A stretch of DNA of 64,000 nucleotides from Nageia nagi. Taxonomy: Eukaryota > Plantae > Pinophyta. Under the pieces are notes generated by a model, which saw only the letters and a program-made list of their open reading frames with translations, was not told where the DNA came from and made no database searches. This document shows, piece after piece, positions 25,931 through 40,149 of the stretch (position 1 is its first letter; every line of letters starts with the position of its first letter). The stretch spans positions 45,880,001 through 45,944,000 of the forward strand of contig JBITNC010000001.1 of the NCBI GenBank assembly GCA_050084985.1, written 5' to 3'. A program made the translations under genes and the position numbers.

Positions 25931-27099
25931 ATAGGTGATCTGAACCCCTTTAGTAATTTCAACTTTGCATTTCTTCCTAAGTCTCCTCATATGCCTTATG
26001 TGAATGTTTTATTTTTCATCATTCTTATGAATAATGATCGTAATCCATAATAGTCATGTTCATAAGAACCTCCATCTTTGACTATTCCTCATGTCCAATC
26101 ATCCACTTCTTTGCAACCATCTTGTTCATCTCCATCTAACATGGTTCCCTTTATACATCATGATGGTGAGTCTCTTAAGAACCCTACATGTGCTTATTCC
26201 AACTATTAGACCTTATCTATGCCTATCCATGAAAATGATCACCCATCATATCATAATGTGCCATCATTAAGTAATTTCCACTCTTTGTCTTCATGTTTGG
26301 AATTTGATACACTTTAAGAAGATGAACTCTCTTCCCCTTAGCCTAGTTTGGATCCTCTTGACCAATGTCCTATCAATCACATTATTTCACCACCTTGTGA
26401 AATCATCTAGTATGAATGTCTTGGTAAGGGGGAATATCATATTAATGATATTATTTTAAATATTCCTTCTATACAAGACTTGGGGATACCTAAAGAATCC
26501 AACTTTCCCTTGGCTCACTCATCCCACTAGGCCATTTTTATAACCATCATTCTTTATCTACATGGGTACTGATTAATCCAAGGATACTCCCCTTAAGCAT
26601 TATCTTAAGGAGATATTTTATGCCAAAATTGAATATCTATGTGTCCTAACTTGGTGTGTAGACTCTTTTTCAAATGGAAATGGCTTAGGAAAATTCAAGT
26701 AAGGTAAAGTTCATACTTTTACTATGCCTTTTCACTATGTCAATCATGCATAATTTTGACCTAAACTTATCAACTTCTCAAAATGTTTTTTAACAATTTT
26801 GTAGTGAATTTTTTATAACTTGGCCCCATATAATTTAGTTTTCAAAATTACCAAAAAATAAAAATTTATTAACAAATAAGACTTTCCTATGAAAATATTC
26901 TAAGTACTAAAACTTTCCCTTTACATGGACTCAACTTCTTGCACACACCTAGTGCATCTTTACCTTGTGATTTCCTTGATGAGGCCTCTACATTAAATTT
27001 GGCTTCTTTTATCAATAGTTTGGATATGTATGACTATGCATATATTCTTTTATTTAATAAGTTAAAAGAGGCTTCACATATACACTTAGGGAAATCAAT

Positions 27100-29477
27100 A
27101 AAGATCAATATATTAATGACTCAAGAATCCAAAATAGTTTATCTGGGAGATGTGTTTAATGAGTTAGAAAGAAGAAAATCCATAACCATTATTAAAATAT
27201 GTTCCAAGATGTTTGCATTTTATTATCAAGATATACCAAGAATGGATCCTAATATCATTTTCCATAACATTTTTATGCATCTTGATGTTAAGCCAATTAA
27301 GTAGAAGCCAAATATGATCAACCCTTCCTAGTCATTGCAGAGTAAGGATGAGCTGTAGAAGTTGCTAGATGCCAAGTTTATTAGTCCTATAGATTACCCT
27401 CAATGGTACTCTAATATGGTCTAAGTTAAAAACTAGAAGGTCATATAAGAATTTTCACTAATTTTAGAGACCTCAATAGAGCCTATCCCAAGGAGGATTT
27501 CCCTTTACCCAACATAGATAACATGATCAACAATATGATAAGGTATGGTATGCTTTCCCTAATGGATGAATTTTTGGGCCATAATTAGATTTGGGTGCCT
27601 TCTCAAGATCAACATAAAATATCATTTACTAGATCATGGGGGATATTCCATTACAAAGTGACACCCATCAAGCTTAAAATATTAGTACCATATATCAGCA
27701 TAAGATGACCTATGTTTTCCATGATATGATGCATGATATTGTTGAGGATTATGTATATGACCTATTGGAAAAGTATAGAACAAGGTACCAACCTTGGGAG
27801 GTCTTAGAAAAGGTATTTTAAAGGTTGACCAAGCACAAACATTAGGTTGAATACAAGGAAGTATGCCTTCATTGTCACTTCAAGAAATCTATTAGGATTC
27901 ATTATGTCTAAGAGAGGCATTGAGGTTTACTCCAAGAAAGTTAGTTCCATCACAGTATGCCTTTGCCTCATGATGTGAAATATTTAATGAGCCTTCATGG
28001 AAACTATTAGGCCATAAAATGGTCTATAGATTAATTATTTAATAAGTTTAGATCTTTTAATGAGCTCCTCAAGAAAGATATCCAATTTGAGTTGAATGAA
28101 GCATGTCAACAAGCCTTCATTAATATTAAGCAATATATGACTACTCCTCTAGTGCTAATTCCTCCTAAGGATAATTTACCCTTTCATATATATCTTTCAT
28201 CTATTGAATTTGATTTAGGCATCATGCTAGCTCAAAAGAATGAACAAGATAAGGAGAAAACTATTTACTACCTAAGTAAAACACTTGTGAATTACGAGCT
28301 TAGGTATGTCTACATTGAGAAGGTTTATATTGATGTTATCTTTATGGATAAGAAGCTCCAATACTACATGTTAAATAATTCCACTTATGTGATTTCTAGA
28401 GAGGATACATTAAAGTACATGATGAGAAAATCCTACCATAATACACAAACAATTAAATGGATCATGTTTATGTTTGAGTTTAACCTATTCTTCATCAATC
28501 AAAATAGTCAAGGGTAGGTCACAACATCTTGGTTTGTTGAAACACCTATACAAGATACTTACCCTCTAAAGATCACAATTCATGATAAGATGTGTTAGAA
28601 TTTATGAGACATAAGAGTTTATGGAAACCCAAGATGAGTATAACATAAATTTGTACTTTTATGGTTTGAGATACGAATAAGGGGGAGGGGCTAAAGTTGT
28701 CTTCTTCACCCCTAAGGGGGTCCCCATTACCTTTTTCAAACTTGAATTTTCATGCATAAAAATAATGTAGATATGAGGCATTGATTTTTGATATAAAAAT
28801 ATCCATAGATTTGAAATTTGAAAGTCTCTTAATCAATGGATACTCTCAACTAGTTGTGAATAAAATCACGAGAACCTATCAATATCATAATGAGTTATTA
28901 AAAGTCCATAGGGACATCACATTGCAACTACTTAAATGGTTCAAAGAATACAAAATTGAGGTATCCCCTTAATCATCCAAAAAATTTCTAACACAATGGC
29001 ATCACTAGGGTCACTTATTTCACCCAATTTCCATCAACACATTCAACACATGGAGATAGTGACTTTGAAAGAGTTTGCACTTAAGGCACCTTTATCTTAG
29101 GGTCTTCCACTACATCAATTCATGAAATCATATTTAATCTGCATGATTTATGTTATAAATAGTTATATGAGTATATTAAGTGGAATTCATTACCTCCTAA
29201 CATGTATTTTGGTGAAAAATGGATGTTCAAGTAAAAGGGTTCTCATTACATCATTTTAGGAGATATTGTATACAAATGATTATATGAAAAAGTTCTACTA
29301 CGTTGCTTAGAGATTTTTGATCAACAAATCATAATATATACATTTCATGATGATATATATGGTGCAAACTTCAATAGAACTACCATTACATAATGTATAT
29401 TGAGAATGGGGTACTATTGGCCCACCATGGAAAATGATTTTATGGAGTATGTTAAGAAATGTATCAAATGCTAATAG
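27100..29477 (+). pseudogene. pol: pol remnant: RT, RNase H, additional (archaeal-type) RNase H, integrase zinc finger
   Basis: FRDLNRAYPKEDFPLPNID, LSLMDEFLGHN*I, VEDYVYDLL (RT); ORF 28092..28517 (RH); LYFYG..GGGAKVVFF and INGYSQLVVN (aRH); LRMGYYWPTM...VKKCIKC (INT N-terminus). Confidence 0.9.
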
Positions 29478-29728
29478 TGTGAGGTAGGAAATTGCTCCAT
29501 GCATCAAAAGCATTGTATTAGATTGTGTAACTTCCTTAATACATAAGAACAATGAATCTTCATATTCAACTCCTTGGGTGACCTTTGAGATACAAAAAAA
29601 CTCTTCATACTACCTTAGTAATGACACTTTAAATTCTAGCACACACAAAGCTTTGAATTTACTAAATATAATATGTAACTATTAATATAATATCTATACC
29701 ATAATCCCTAAGGATTAGGTATATAACA
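29478..29728 (-). repeat. 3' LTR of old copia
   Basis: TGTGAGG...TATAACA, colinear with 44219-44469. Confidence 0.92.
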
Positions 29729-29749
29729 TTGCCTCCTTAATCCAAATGA

Positions 29750-31300
29750 GTGTTGGTAAGTCTAAGCATCTTCGTAAGCTTCTCAAACGTTTCTCTTTGA
29801 AGCGCCTTGGTGAAGATGTCTACTATTTGCTTATATGTGGGACAATATTTCAATTGTATTGTCTTGACATTTTACATGATTTTGAATCAAATGATACTTT
29901 GTATTGATGTGCTTTGTTTAATCATGAAACTTTGGGTTCTTGGCTAATTGAATTGAAAAAATATTATCAATTACAAGTGGAGTTGTATGCATCTATTTTT
30001 TTTGCAAATCTTCTAGTATCTTCTTAAGCCACACAATCTCCTTTGTTGCCTCTACAGAAGCCACATACTCTACCTATATAGTGTAATATATTAGAATGAA
30101 TTACTTTTTGTGATCTCTAAGAGATAGCTATTGATCGAAGACTCATGTCATATCCTGAATTCAAAACTCCATTTTATTTTTCACCATCAAAGTATGAATC
30201 TATATATCCAATCAATTTGAAGTCTCCTGCTTTGGAATACTTAATCCCTAGTTCTTGTGTGCCTTTCAAATATTGGAAAACTCTTTTTTTTTGCATTTCA
30301 ATTCCCTTAACATGGTTTTTGCATAAAGCAAGAGATAATTTCAACCATAAATGAAATATTTACTCTAGTTGTGGTTAGATATATGAGACTTCCAATAAGA
30401 AATCTATACTTCATTACATCCTAAAATGCATTCCCTTTAATAGATCTCAAATTCAAATTTTGTTCCATTAGAGTGGAAAGAAGATTACAAATTTTCATAC
30501 CAAATTTGTTCAATAATTCTCCAATGTACTTTCTTTGGGAAATGAAAATATACCTTGGGTTTTGTGTCACTTCAATGCCCAAATAGTAATGAAGATGTCC
30601 CATATTTTTTATTTCAAAACCTCTCTTCAAATCTTATTTCATGGATGCAATGTAACTTTCATTAGTCATAGATATCAAAAGATCATCTACATACACCACA
30701 AGATATACAATAGTTTTTCTAACTTTTCTGGTAAATAAAGTTGCATCATCAGGATTAAAGTGTTCAAAGTTTATCTTCAAGATATGCTCAGTAAGTTTTT
30801 TGTACCAAGTGTAAGGAGATTGTTTTAGGCCATATAAGGACTTGATGAGCTTACATACATTTTTTTCCTGATCCTTCATTGCAAATACTTCTGGTTGTTT
30901 CATGTACATATTTTCTTTCAAATCACTATTCAAGAAAGTAATCTTCATATTTATTAGATGAACTTTCCATCCATGCTGAGATGAAATTACCAATAAAGAA
31001 ACAATAGTAGCCCATTTTTTTGTGGGAGAAAATATCTCATCATAGTCAATACCCTGTTTCTTTATAAAACCCTTAACTATAAGGCTTGATTTGTATTTCT
31101 CAAGTGAGCCATCTAATCTATATTTATTTTTGTAGACCCACTTGCATCCAATAGGTTTGGTTCCATATGGAGGATCCACCAACTTCCACATATCATCCTT
31201 GATGAGACAACCATACTCCTTTTTCATAGCATCCTTCTAGACATCATGAGAAAAAGATTATTTAAAGGATGTTGGATCATAATTAGCAAAGAAATTCAAT
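29750..31300 (-). pseudogene. pol: Copia RT and RNase H remnant (old copia)
   Basis: ORFs 30634..31227 (KPIGCKWVYK, LYGLKQSP, VVYVDDLLI) and 30421..30630; QIVDIFTKAL near 29805-29830. Confidence 0.92.
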
Positions 31301-31437
31301 TTAGAATCAAAGGAAAATTCCATATCCTCAACATCATCACCTAAATATGAACCCTATACTGCTCTATCTTCAATTCTATCTCTATAGGAACTCCTAGTTC
31401 CCATATTTCCAACTTTATCAAGATGAACACTCTCAAG

Positions 31438-32966
31438 TGTTGTACTTCAAGTGACACTGAGAGGGGGGGTGAACTAGTGTAAAAAAAAATTAATCAATTT
31501 AACCTCTTAAATAAAGATAGATTAAAAACTGATGAAAATTGAGCAAGCACACCAAGTACATCACACAACACCAGATATAACGAGGTTCACCAGATTGGCT
31601 ACATCCCCAAAAATGACTGCTTGGACTCTAATCCAAATCCAATCATTAAAGAAAGCTTACAGATTCACAACACCAACTGTGAAGGGTAGCACCAGCTACC
31701 ACTTTTAAAAATAGCAGCACCTACTACTTGGAACACCAATTCTAGCTATCAAGCACCCACTTGATACATCATTCAAAAAGGAGGAAAGAATACAGTTCTA
31801 GAAGACCCTCAATGGTCTAGCTCTCATGCTCATTGTTTGATCTCTGTACATAGCTCCAAAGTAACATAGTTAATCAATCACAATCCCATTTGCATATTCA
31901 TTTGCTTACTTCACATACTCCTCATACCCCCTCACCCACACTATTACATCCTATACTACACTTCTCTACTTGCCAGTTTTCACTTAATCTCCAATGCACT
32001 CTTCACATCCATTCCTACAACCATTACACATCAAGAAAACCCCCCAATTAACTATTCCTATCATTACACATCATCAAAAACAAAATGAAAAGAATCTTTA
32101 TTTGTAACTACTCCTACACTAAGAGAGTTCACTATCTAAGACTGTAACTGTTGTAACTGATGAACGCTCCTATTACTCAAATAGAGTTATTCAGACAAGT
32201 ATAGCTCTTTCTCCATTGATTTTAGAGATTTGACAGTATCTAATTATTTAGTTTCGGAGTCTCTTTCTATAGCCTAGAGATTGACTAGCTTACCGGATGT
32301 TTATTGTATACACCATGATGTCATCATCTCTGGACTTCGAAAGAAAGTTCCAAGGTATCTGCGTGGCCTTCTGGACTTTTCAACACCAACTGCTAACATC
32401 ATCTTCTTTAGACTCTGAAAGTAGAGTAAAACACTTACTGTGATGTTCAGACTTTTATCTCCGGACTTTTATCTCCAGACTTTTATCTCTGAACTTTTAT
32501 CTTCAAACTTTTATCTCTGGACTTTTATCTCCAGACTTTTATCTTCAGACTTTTATCTCTGGACTTTTATCTCTGGACTTTTATCTCCAATCTTTTATCT
32601 CTGAACTTTTATCTCTGGACTTTTCTCTCCAAAATTTTCTCTCTGAACTTTTCTCTCCAGACTTTTATCTCCGGACTTTTATCTCCGAACTTTTATCTCC
32701 AGACTTTTATCTCTGAACTTTTATCTCTGGACTTTTATCTCTGGACTTTTATCTCTGGACTTTTATCTCCAGACTTTTATCTTCAGACTTTTATCTCTAG
32801 ACTTTTATCTTCGGACTTCTATCTCTGGACTTTTATCTTTTCATTCTGGAATGCTTAATTTACTAACCTTAGCTTTTCAATTCTCCTTGCTGACCTCATC
32901 ACCTCTGGAACCCGATCTTTACCAAAACCACGTGTTGACAACAATGACAATCACACATGCTCAACA
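31438..32966 (-). repeat. 3' LTR (1,529 bp) of the Sirevirus-like element
   Basis: Near-identical to 38341-40149 apart from tandem-array length. Confidence 0.95.
32449..32838. repeat. 14-bp tandem array (GGACTTTTATCTCC), ~28 units
   Basis: Directly visible head-to-tail units with C/T and G/A variants at the CCGG junction. Confidence 0.95.
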
Positions 32967-33170
32967 ATCTCCCCCTTTGGAATTATTGACAACACCACTT
33001 GATCAGACACCAACATCGGGACTTTTCTCTCCCCCTTTGTCAACAATAACAAAGGGCATTTACAGACTCCCCCTGAGTCCATACATGACATTCTCAGGAA
33101 ATCAGTAGTATGCATACAAAAACAAGATACATAGAAGCAACATAGGAAGGAAAAAATAAACACTCCCCCT
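32967..33170 (-). promoter_or_regulatory. Multiple polypurine tracts
   Basis: CTCCCCCT (AGGGGGAG on the minus strand) at 32969, 33029, 33067 and 33163. Confidence 0.88.
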
Positions 33171-33193
33171 AAGAATGTGACATCCAGAACTAG

Positions 33194-36100
33194 CTAATAC
33201 ATGGGAAGGACAACAACTCCTAGCTTGTTTCGATGATATTCGAAGACGTCTTTGGGCAAAGGCTTTGTAAAGATGTCTGCTACTTGCTCTGTGGTTGGAA
33301 CAAAATCCAACTGTACTTCTCCTTGTGCCACTCTTTCTTTTAGAAAGTGATATCTGATTGCTATATGCTTTGTTCATGAGTGCATAATAGGATTTTTTGA
33401 GATATTGATTGCACTTGTGTTATCACATAGAACTGATATGGGCTCGTTAATCTGTATACCAAAATCTTTTAGCATCTGCTTCATCCATAGAATTTGTGTG
33501 CAGCAAGAAGTTGCTGCTATATACTCTGCTTCTACTATATATAGGGATACTGAGTCTTGCTTTTTACTATGCCAGCCAACAAGATTATTACTCAAATAAA
33601 ATGCTCCTCCACTGGTGCTCTTCCTATCATCCATGCATCCTACCCAGTCTGCATCTGAAAAGGCAATAGGTGTAAAGTCCTTTCCTCTAGGATACTATAA
33701 ACCATATTCTACTGTGCCTTTGAGATATCTGAATATTCTCTTTACTATAGTAACATGTGTTTCTTTGGGATTTGCTTGAAATCAAGCAACCATACATACT
33801 GCTTGAAGAATATCTGGTCTAGTAGCTATCAAATATAATAAACTTCCAATCATTGACCTGTATTGTGTTTGATCTACTGTTGGTGCTTTATCATCCTTGC
33901 TTAATTTGTAGCCTGTTGTCATAGGGGTGCTCACAGGTTTACAGTCTTCCATGGTAAACTTCTTCATCATCTCCTTAACATACTTGGTTTGAGAAATGAA
34001 CATGCCATTCTTCAACTAATTGATTTGTAGGCTGAGAAAAAATGCAAGCTCACCTATCATAGACATCTCAAATTCTATTTGCATGTTGTCAGCAAGATTT
34101 TTACATAGCTCCTTCTTGTTTCCTCCAAAAATTATATCAACTACATAGGCAACAACAATTAGCTGATTTTCCTTTTCTAATTTAATGTATAAATTGCTAT
34201 CCACCATTCCTTTTCTAAAGCCTTACTACTGAAGATATGTATCAAGTTTGGAGTACCATGCTCGAGGTGCCTATTTTAAACCATACAGAGCCTTCTTTAG
34301 TTTGCATACCAGATTAGGATTCTCTCCCAATTGGAAACCATCTGGTTGTTCAATATAGACTTCTTCCTTAATTTTGCCATTTAGAAAGGCTGATTTTACA
34401 TCCATTTGATAAACTTTAAAGTCTTTATACACTGCAAAAGCTAAAAAACATGTGAATAGCTTCTAATCTGGCCATAGGTGCAAAAGTTTCTTCAAAATCA
34501 ATTCCTTCAACTTGAGCATATCCCTTGCAGACAAGTCTAGCTTTATTTCGAACCACTATCTCATCTTCATTCAACTTATTACGAAAAATCCACTTTGTGC
34601 CAATCACATTTTTGTTGGCTGGTCTAGGAACGAGTTCCCATGTTTCATTCTTTTCAATTTGAGTGAGTTCTTCCTCCATTACTTTCATCCAGCTTTCATC
34701 TTGGCTAGCTTCTAAGACATTTTTAGGCTCTATATTGGATAGGAGAGAATAGGTGCGTGAAACCCCTCTGTGAGTTTGGATGCCTGTATGAAACGCATCG
34801 ATGATTTGCTCTTGTGGATGATCCTTGTGCCATCTATTTGGTGGAGTTTTTGAATTTTCATCTTCTTCTGACTCATTTTCTGAAACACTATTTGGGTTAC
34901 TTGGTGAATTTGAATCTTCTGGTTTCTTTACTTGTGATTGCTGTATAGGAGGCTTAGATTTGTTTTTATTCTTTTTGTCTTCTTCAATTGAATCTTGATA
35001 GGCAGGAAGATCATCATCATCATTTCTCTTGGGAAGATCTCTTTGCTCATCAACACGAACATCAGCACTATCAATGATTGTTTTTGTCCTTTTATTGTAA
35101 CACCTGTATGCTTTGCTATTCGAAGAGTAACCAAGAAAGATACCTTCATCAATTCTATCCTCAAACTTTCCTAAATTTTCTTCTATTCTCTTGATATAGC
35201 ATTTACTGCCAAAGATCTTGAAGTGCCTCACTGTAGCTTTTCTTCCAAACCATAATTCATATGGTGTTCTGTCCTCATGTGGTCGCATCATACATCTATT
35301 TTGAATATGCACTGTAGTATGCACTACTTCTTTCTAGAACCTATTAGCAACCTTGCTCTCTATCAGCATGGTTTGAGCCATTTCTTGTACTGCTCTATTT
35401 TTTCTTTCAACTACTCCATTTTGTTGTGGAGTTCTTGCTACAGAAAATTATCTTTTAATTTCATGTTGTATACAAAACTTAGAAAACTCATCAGAAGTGA
35501 ACTCACCTCCTCTGTCTGAGCAAAGACATTTAATTCTCCTCTCTATTTGATTTTCTACTTGATTTTGAAATGCTTTGAACATTTCAAAAGCTTCAGATTT
35601 ATGTTTCAAAAATTGCACCCAAGTCATTCTTGAATAATCATCTATGAACAGAATAAAATACTTATCTCCATTGATGCTTTGTGTTCTCATTGGTCCACAT
35701 AGGTCAGTGTGTATGATTTCCAATGGTCTACTTGTGTGATATTCTTTCACTTTGAACTTTGCCCGAGTTTGCTTTCCCCTTTGGCATGAATCACAAATAT
35801 CATTTGCTGGTTTGTTGATACTAGGCATATCTCTTACTACTCTTTTTGAGCAAATGTTCATCAAGTTATTAAAATAGATGTGTCCCAATCTCTTATGCCA
35901 TAGCCAATCATCACTCTCCTGGCCTAGAAGACATGATCCCTCTAAAATATCTGATAAGGTGTATAAATTACCACAGGTTCTTGTACCAATTGCTACAAGT
36001 CTACCACTATTTACCCTTCGGATCTCACAACCATGCTTTTTGAAAATCACATCATGTCCTTTGTCACATATTTGACTGACGCTCAACAAATTATGCTTCA

Positions 36101-38276
36101 ATCCCACAACAAATAATACCTCTTCGGATCTAATGTTGCTGTCATTTATTTTGACTGTCCCTTTGCTGATAATTTGTGCGCCATCATTGTTTCCAAATCT
36201 TACTAACCCACCTTCATATTCCTGTAGTTTTTGAAATTTCTTCTTGTCACCTATCATGTGACTTGAGCATCCGCTATCTAATATCCATGGTGATGGTTTG
36301 TCTTGAGATTTTAATGCTGTTTGAACGATTAAAGACTCTTTATCCTCTTTGAGTTTCTCCTTTTCTTTCCAGACTTGTTTTACTTTTATTTCAGCTTCTT
36401 GTTTTTTATTATACTTTTCTTCTTCCTATGGATGACTACTCTGAAACTATTTATTTTGTCTTATGGAAGGAAATTGTCTCGGTGGAAAGAACCTCATGCC
36501 ATGATTATTTCTGTAGAATCTGGCAATGTGTCCATATTCATGACAGTTGTAACACTCAACTAGATACTCCATTAGTGGGTCGAATGCATTCCTAGTAACA
36601 AAGGTTCTTGGAGTGATATTATACTTACATTCAGAAATTTTGTGTCCATATGCATTGCATTTGAAACAGTATCCATTGAAGGGATGGATGTCGCTATTAT
36701 ATTGCTGAGTACTTCTTGGTCCTGCATAGGGTCTTCTTCTGGAATGCACTTGAATGAAGCCATCATCCTCCAGTCCTGAGCTATCTTCCTTCTTCTTGGT
36801 TTCTTTTATGTTTTCCCTTTTTATGTCATTGGAAGATTGTCCTTGTTCATATCCCAGACCAGATTTATCAGAAAACATTCTTTGACTGTTAATGATTTTG
36901 ATAAGTTTAGTCGACCTTCCTTCTAGATATTTAAAAGAGCTGATTTTCTAGGTGACTTCCTCTAGTTGCATACGTAGCCTAGTTATTTCTTCTTCAAGCT
37001 TACTGCAATTTTTAAATTTCACAAGAAGCTATTCCTCCAAACTCTCATTTATCCTCTTAGATTCTCCCACTTCTATTTTTAAGTTTTCTATAATTTTACT
37101 TGCATCATCAAACCTTTTTGAGAGTTTCTTATTTTTCTTTATTTCTTTATCTAGTTCATTCAATGCTGTTATTAGTTCTTCTTCAAGATCAATCTCAATC
37201 TCAATCTCACAGTCATTTTCTTCATTTGTCTCTTCCTTTTTATGTTCTTGGTCATTTTGATTGTCTTCATTCAGTTTCTCTTCAAATGCCATAAACAATG
37301 CTCCATTATATTCTTTTTCTGATTCATTACTGGAATCATCATCAGTGGAGCCTTCATTTCTAGATATGAAGCTCTATCTATTTGACCTTCTATTTCGAGC
37401 ATGAGATTTCATTTTTTGGTTTTTCTCAAAATATGATTCTTGATCATCTTTATTAGTTTTTCTATATGGACATTTTGAAATGAAATGACCAATACCACCA
37501 TAGTTAAAACATTTAAACGGTAGCTTGCCTTTATATTTACCTTTTCCCCTTTTTAGCTTTCTAACAAAATTTGCTTCTGCTCCATCAGATTGTTCCTCAT
37601 TGTCAAAATCTATTTTGGCTTTGGTACTGTTATTGGCTTTAAACGCTGCTTCCTTTTTTGAATGTTTTGCTTTTTCGATCCTCATTTCATAAGTAGTCAG
37701 CGATCCATGCATTTCATCCATGCTAAAAGTTTTCAAATTTTTTGCTTCTTCAATAGCAGACACCTTTGAATCAAAGCGAGATGTGAGAGATTGTAGTACC
37801 TTTTTCAAGATGACATGATCTTCAATTTCTTCCCTAAGACCTCTGATTGCATTAGTAATTTCATTTACTCTCAACATGTATGCTTCAATGGTTTCATCTT
37901 CATTCATCTTTAGAACTTCGAATTGAGCTCTATGGGTTTGGAGTTTTGCTTCCTTGACTTTATCATCTCCTTCGTGAATGCTCTTCAACTTATTCCATAT
38001 TTCTTTTACAGATTTGCATGCCATAACTTTCACCAGTTCACTATCCATAAGACCACACATTAGAGCATTTCTTGCTTTTGCATCACATTCAAATGCCTTT
38101 CTTTCTACTTCATCTAATGGACCTGTAGGGGGAGGAGTGTAACCCCTTTTAACAGCATCCCAAGTACCAAAACCTAATGCACTGAGATAAGTCTTCATTC
38201 AAATTTTCTAGAAAGCATAATTGGTTCCATCAAAGAGAGGTGCCTTGTTAGATGAGAAACCTTCTCCGCTTGCCAT
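33194..38276 (-). pseudogene. gag-pol: gag-pol polyprotein (gag, CCHC knuckles, PR, INT, RT, RNase H)
   Basis: MASGEGFSSNKAPLFDGTNY start; WILDSGCSSHM; LWHKRLGH; IHTDLCGP; [10 protein letters not shown]; QVADIFTKPL. One frame from 38276 to ~34440, then one frameshift; scattered point stops. Confidence 0.95.
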
Positions 38277-38322
38277 AGTGTCACTACCAGGATCTCCTTA
38301 GCTGTTATAGCCTAAGTAGGAA

Positions 38323-38338
38323 CTTGGCTCTGATACCA
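38323..38338 (-). promoter_or_regulatory. Primer-binding site, tRNA-iMet
   Basis: Minus strand TGGTATCAGAGCCAAG, 2 bp from the LTR at 38341. Confidence 0.95.
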
Positions 38339-38340
38339 AT

Positions 38341-40149
38341 TGTTGTACTTCAAGTGACATTGAGAGGGGGGGTGAATCAGTGTAAAAAAAAAATTAATCA
38401 ATTTAACCTTCTTAAATAAAGATAGATTAAAAACCAAAGAAAATTGAGCAAGCACACCAAGTACATCACACAACACTAGATATAACGAGGTTCACCAGAT
38501 TGGCTACATCCCTGAAAATGACTGCTTGGACTCCAATCCAAATCCAGTCATTAAAGAAAGCTTACAGATTCATAGCACCAACTGTGAAGGGTAGCACCAG
38601 CTACCACTTTTAAAAATAGCAGCACCTACTGCTTGGAATACCAATTCCAGCTATCAAGCTCCCACTTGATACATCATTCAAAAAGGAGGAAAGAATACAG
38701 TTCTAAAAGACCCTCAATGGTCTAGCTCTCATGCTCATTGTTTGATCTCTGCACATGGCTCCAAAGTAACACAGTTAATCAATCATAATCCCATCTGCAT
38801 ATTCATTTACTTACTTCACATACTCCTCATACCCCCTCACCCACACTATTACATCCTATACTACACTTCTCTACTTGCCAGTTTTCACTTAATCTCCAAT
38901 GCACTCTTCACATCCATTCCTACAACTGTTACACATCAAGAAAACCCCCCAAGAAACTATTCCTATCATTACACGTCATCAAAAACAAAATGAAAAGAAT
39001 CTTTATTTGTAACTACTCCTGCACTAAGAGAGTTCACTATCTGAGACTGTAACTGTTGTAATTGATGAATGCTCCTATTACTCAAATAGAGTTGTTCAGA
39101 CAAGTATAGCTCTTTCTCCACTAATTTTAGAGATCTGACAGTATCTAATTATTTAGTTCTGGAGTCTCTTTCTATAGCCTAGAGATTGACTAGCTTACTG
39201 GATGTTTATTGTATACACCATGATGTCATCATCTCCAGACTCTGGAAGAAAGTTCCAAGGTATCTGCATGGCCTTCTGGACTTTTCAACACCAACTGCTA
39301 ACATCATCTTCTCTAGACTTTGAAAGTAGAGTAAAACACTTCCCACGATGTTCGAACTTTTATCTCTAGGCTTTTATCTCCGGACTTTTATCTTTGAACT
39401 TTTATCTTCAGACTTTTATCTCTAAACTTTTATCTCTGGACTTTTATCTTCGAACTTTTATCTCTGGACTTTTATCTCCGGACTTTTATCTCCAGACTTT
39501 TATCTCTAAACTTTTCTCTTCGGACTTTTCTCTCTGAACTTTTATCTTCGGACTTTTATCTCCGAACTTTTATCTTTGGACTTTTATCTCAACTTTTATC
39601 TCTGGAATTTTATCTTCGGACTTTTATCTCTAGACTTTTATCTCCTGAATTTTCTCTTCAAACTTTTATCTTTAGACTTTTATCTTCAAACTTTTATCTC
39701 TGGACTTTTATCTCCGGACTTTTATCTCTAGACTTTTATCTCCGAACTTTTATCTTCGAACTTTTATCTTCGAACTTTTATCTTTGGAATTTTATCTTTG
39801 GACTTTTATCTCCAAACTTTTATCTTCGGACTTTTATATCTGGACTTTTATCTCTGGACTTTTATCTCCAGACTTTTCTCTCCGAACTTTTCTCTCCGGA
39901 CTTTTCTCTCCAGACTTTTATCTCTGGACTTTTATCTTCAGACTTTTATCTGCGAACTTTTATCTCCAGACTTTTATCTCCGAACTTTTATCTTCGAACT
40001 TTTATCTCCAAACTTTTATCTTTTCATTCTGAAATGCTTAATTTACTAACCCCGACTTTTCAATTCTCCTTGCTGACCTCATCACCTTTGGAACCTGGTC
40101 TTTACCAAAACCATGTGTTGACAACAATGACAATCACACATGCTCAACA
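38341..40149 (-). repeat. 5' LTR (1,809 bp) of the Sirevirus-like element
   Basis: Adjacent to the PBS; ends TGCTCAACA followed by TSD TCAAG. Confidence 0.95.
39352..40021. repeat. 14-bp tandem array (GGACTTTTATCTCC), ~48 units
   Basis: Same unit as 32449-32838. Confidence 0.95.

Larger units (their letters stand above)
31438..40149 (-). mobile_element. Young full-length Sirevirus (SIRE/Maximus)-like Ty1/copia element, 8,712 bp
   Basis: LTRs 31438-32966 and 38341-40149 (TGTTG...CAACA); TSD TCAAG (31433-31437, 40150-40154); iMet PBS; four AGGGGGAG PPT octamers; C-rich TTCACCCCCCCTCT near the LTR 3' end; extended gag. Confidence 0.95.

Noticed and set aside
32449-40021. 14-bp arrays as CRISPR arrays
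   Set aside because: Head-to-tail units with no unique spacers, inside paired LTRs of a plant retrotransposon; no cas genes.
39784-40049. ORFs 39784..40032 and 39798..40049 as repeat proteins
   Set aside because: Chance translations of the 14-bp LTR array.
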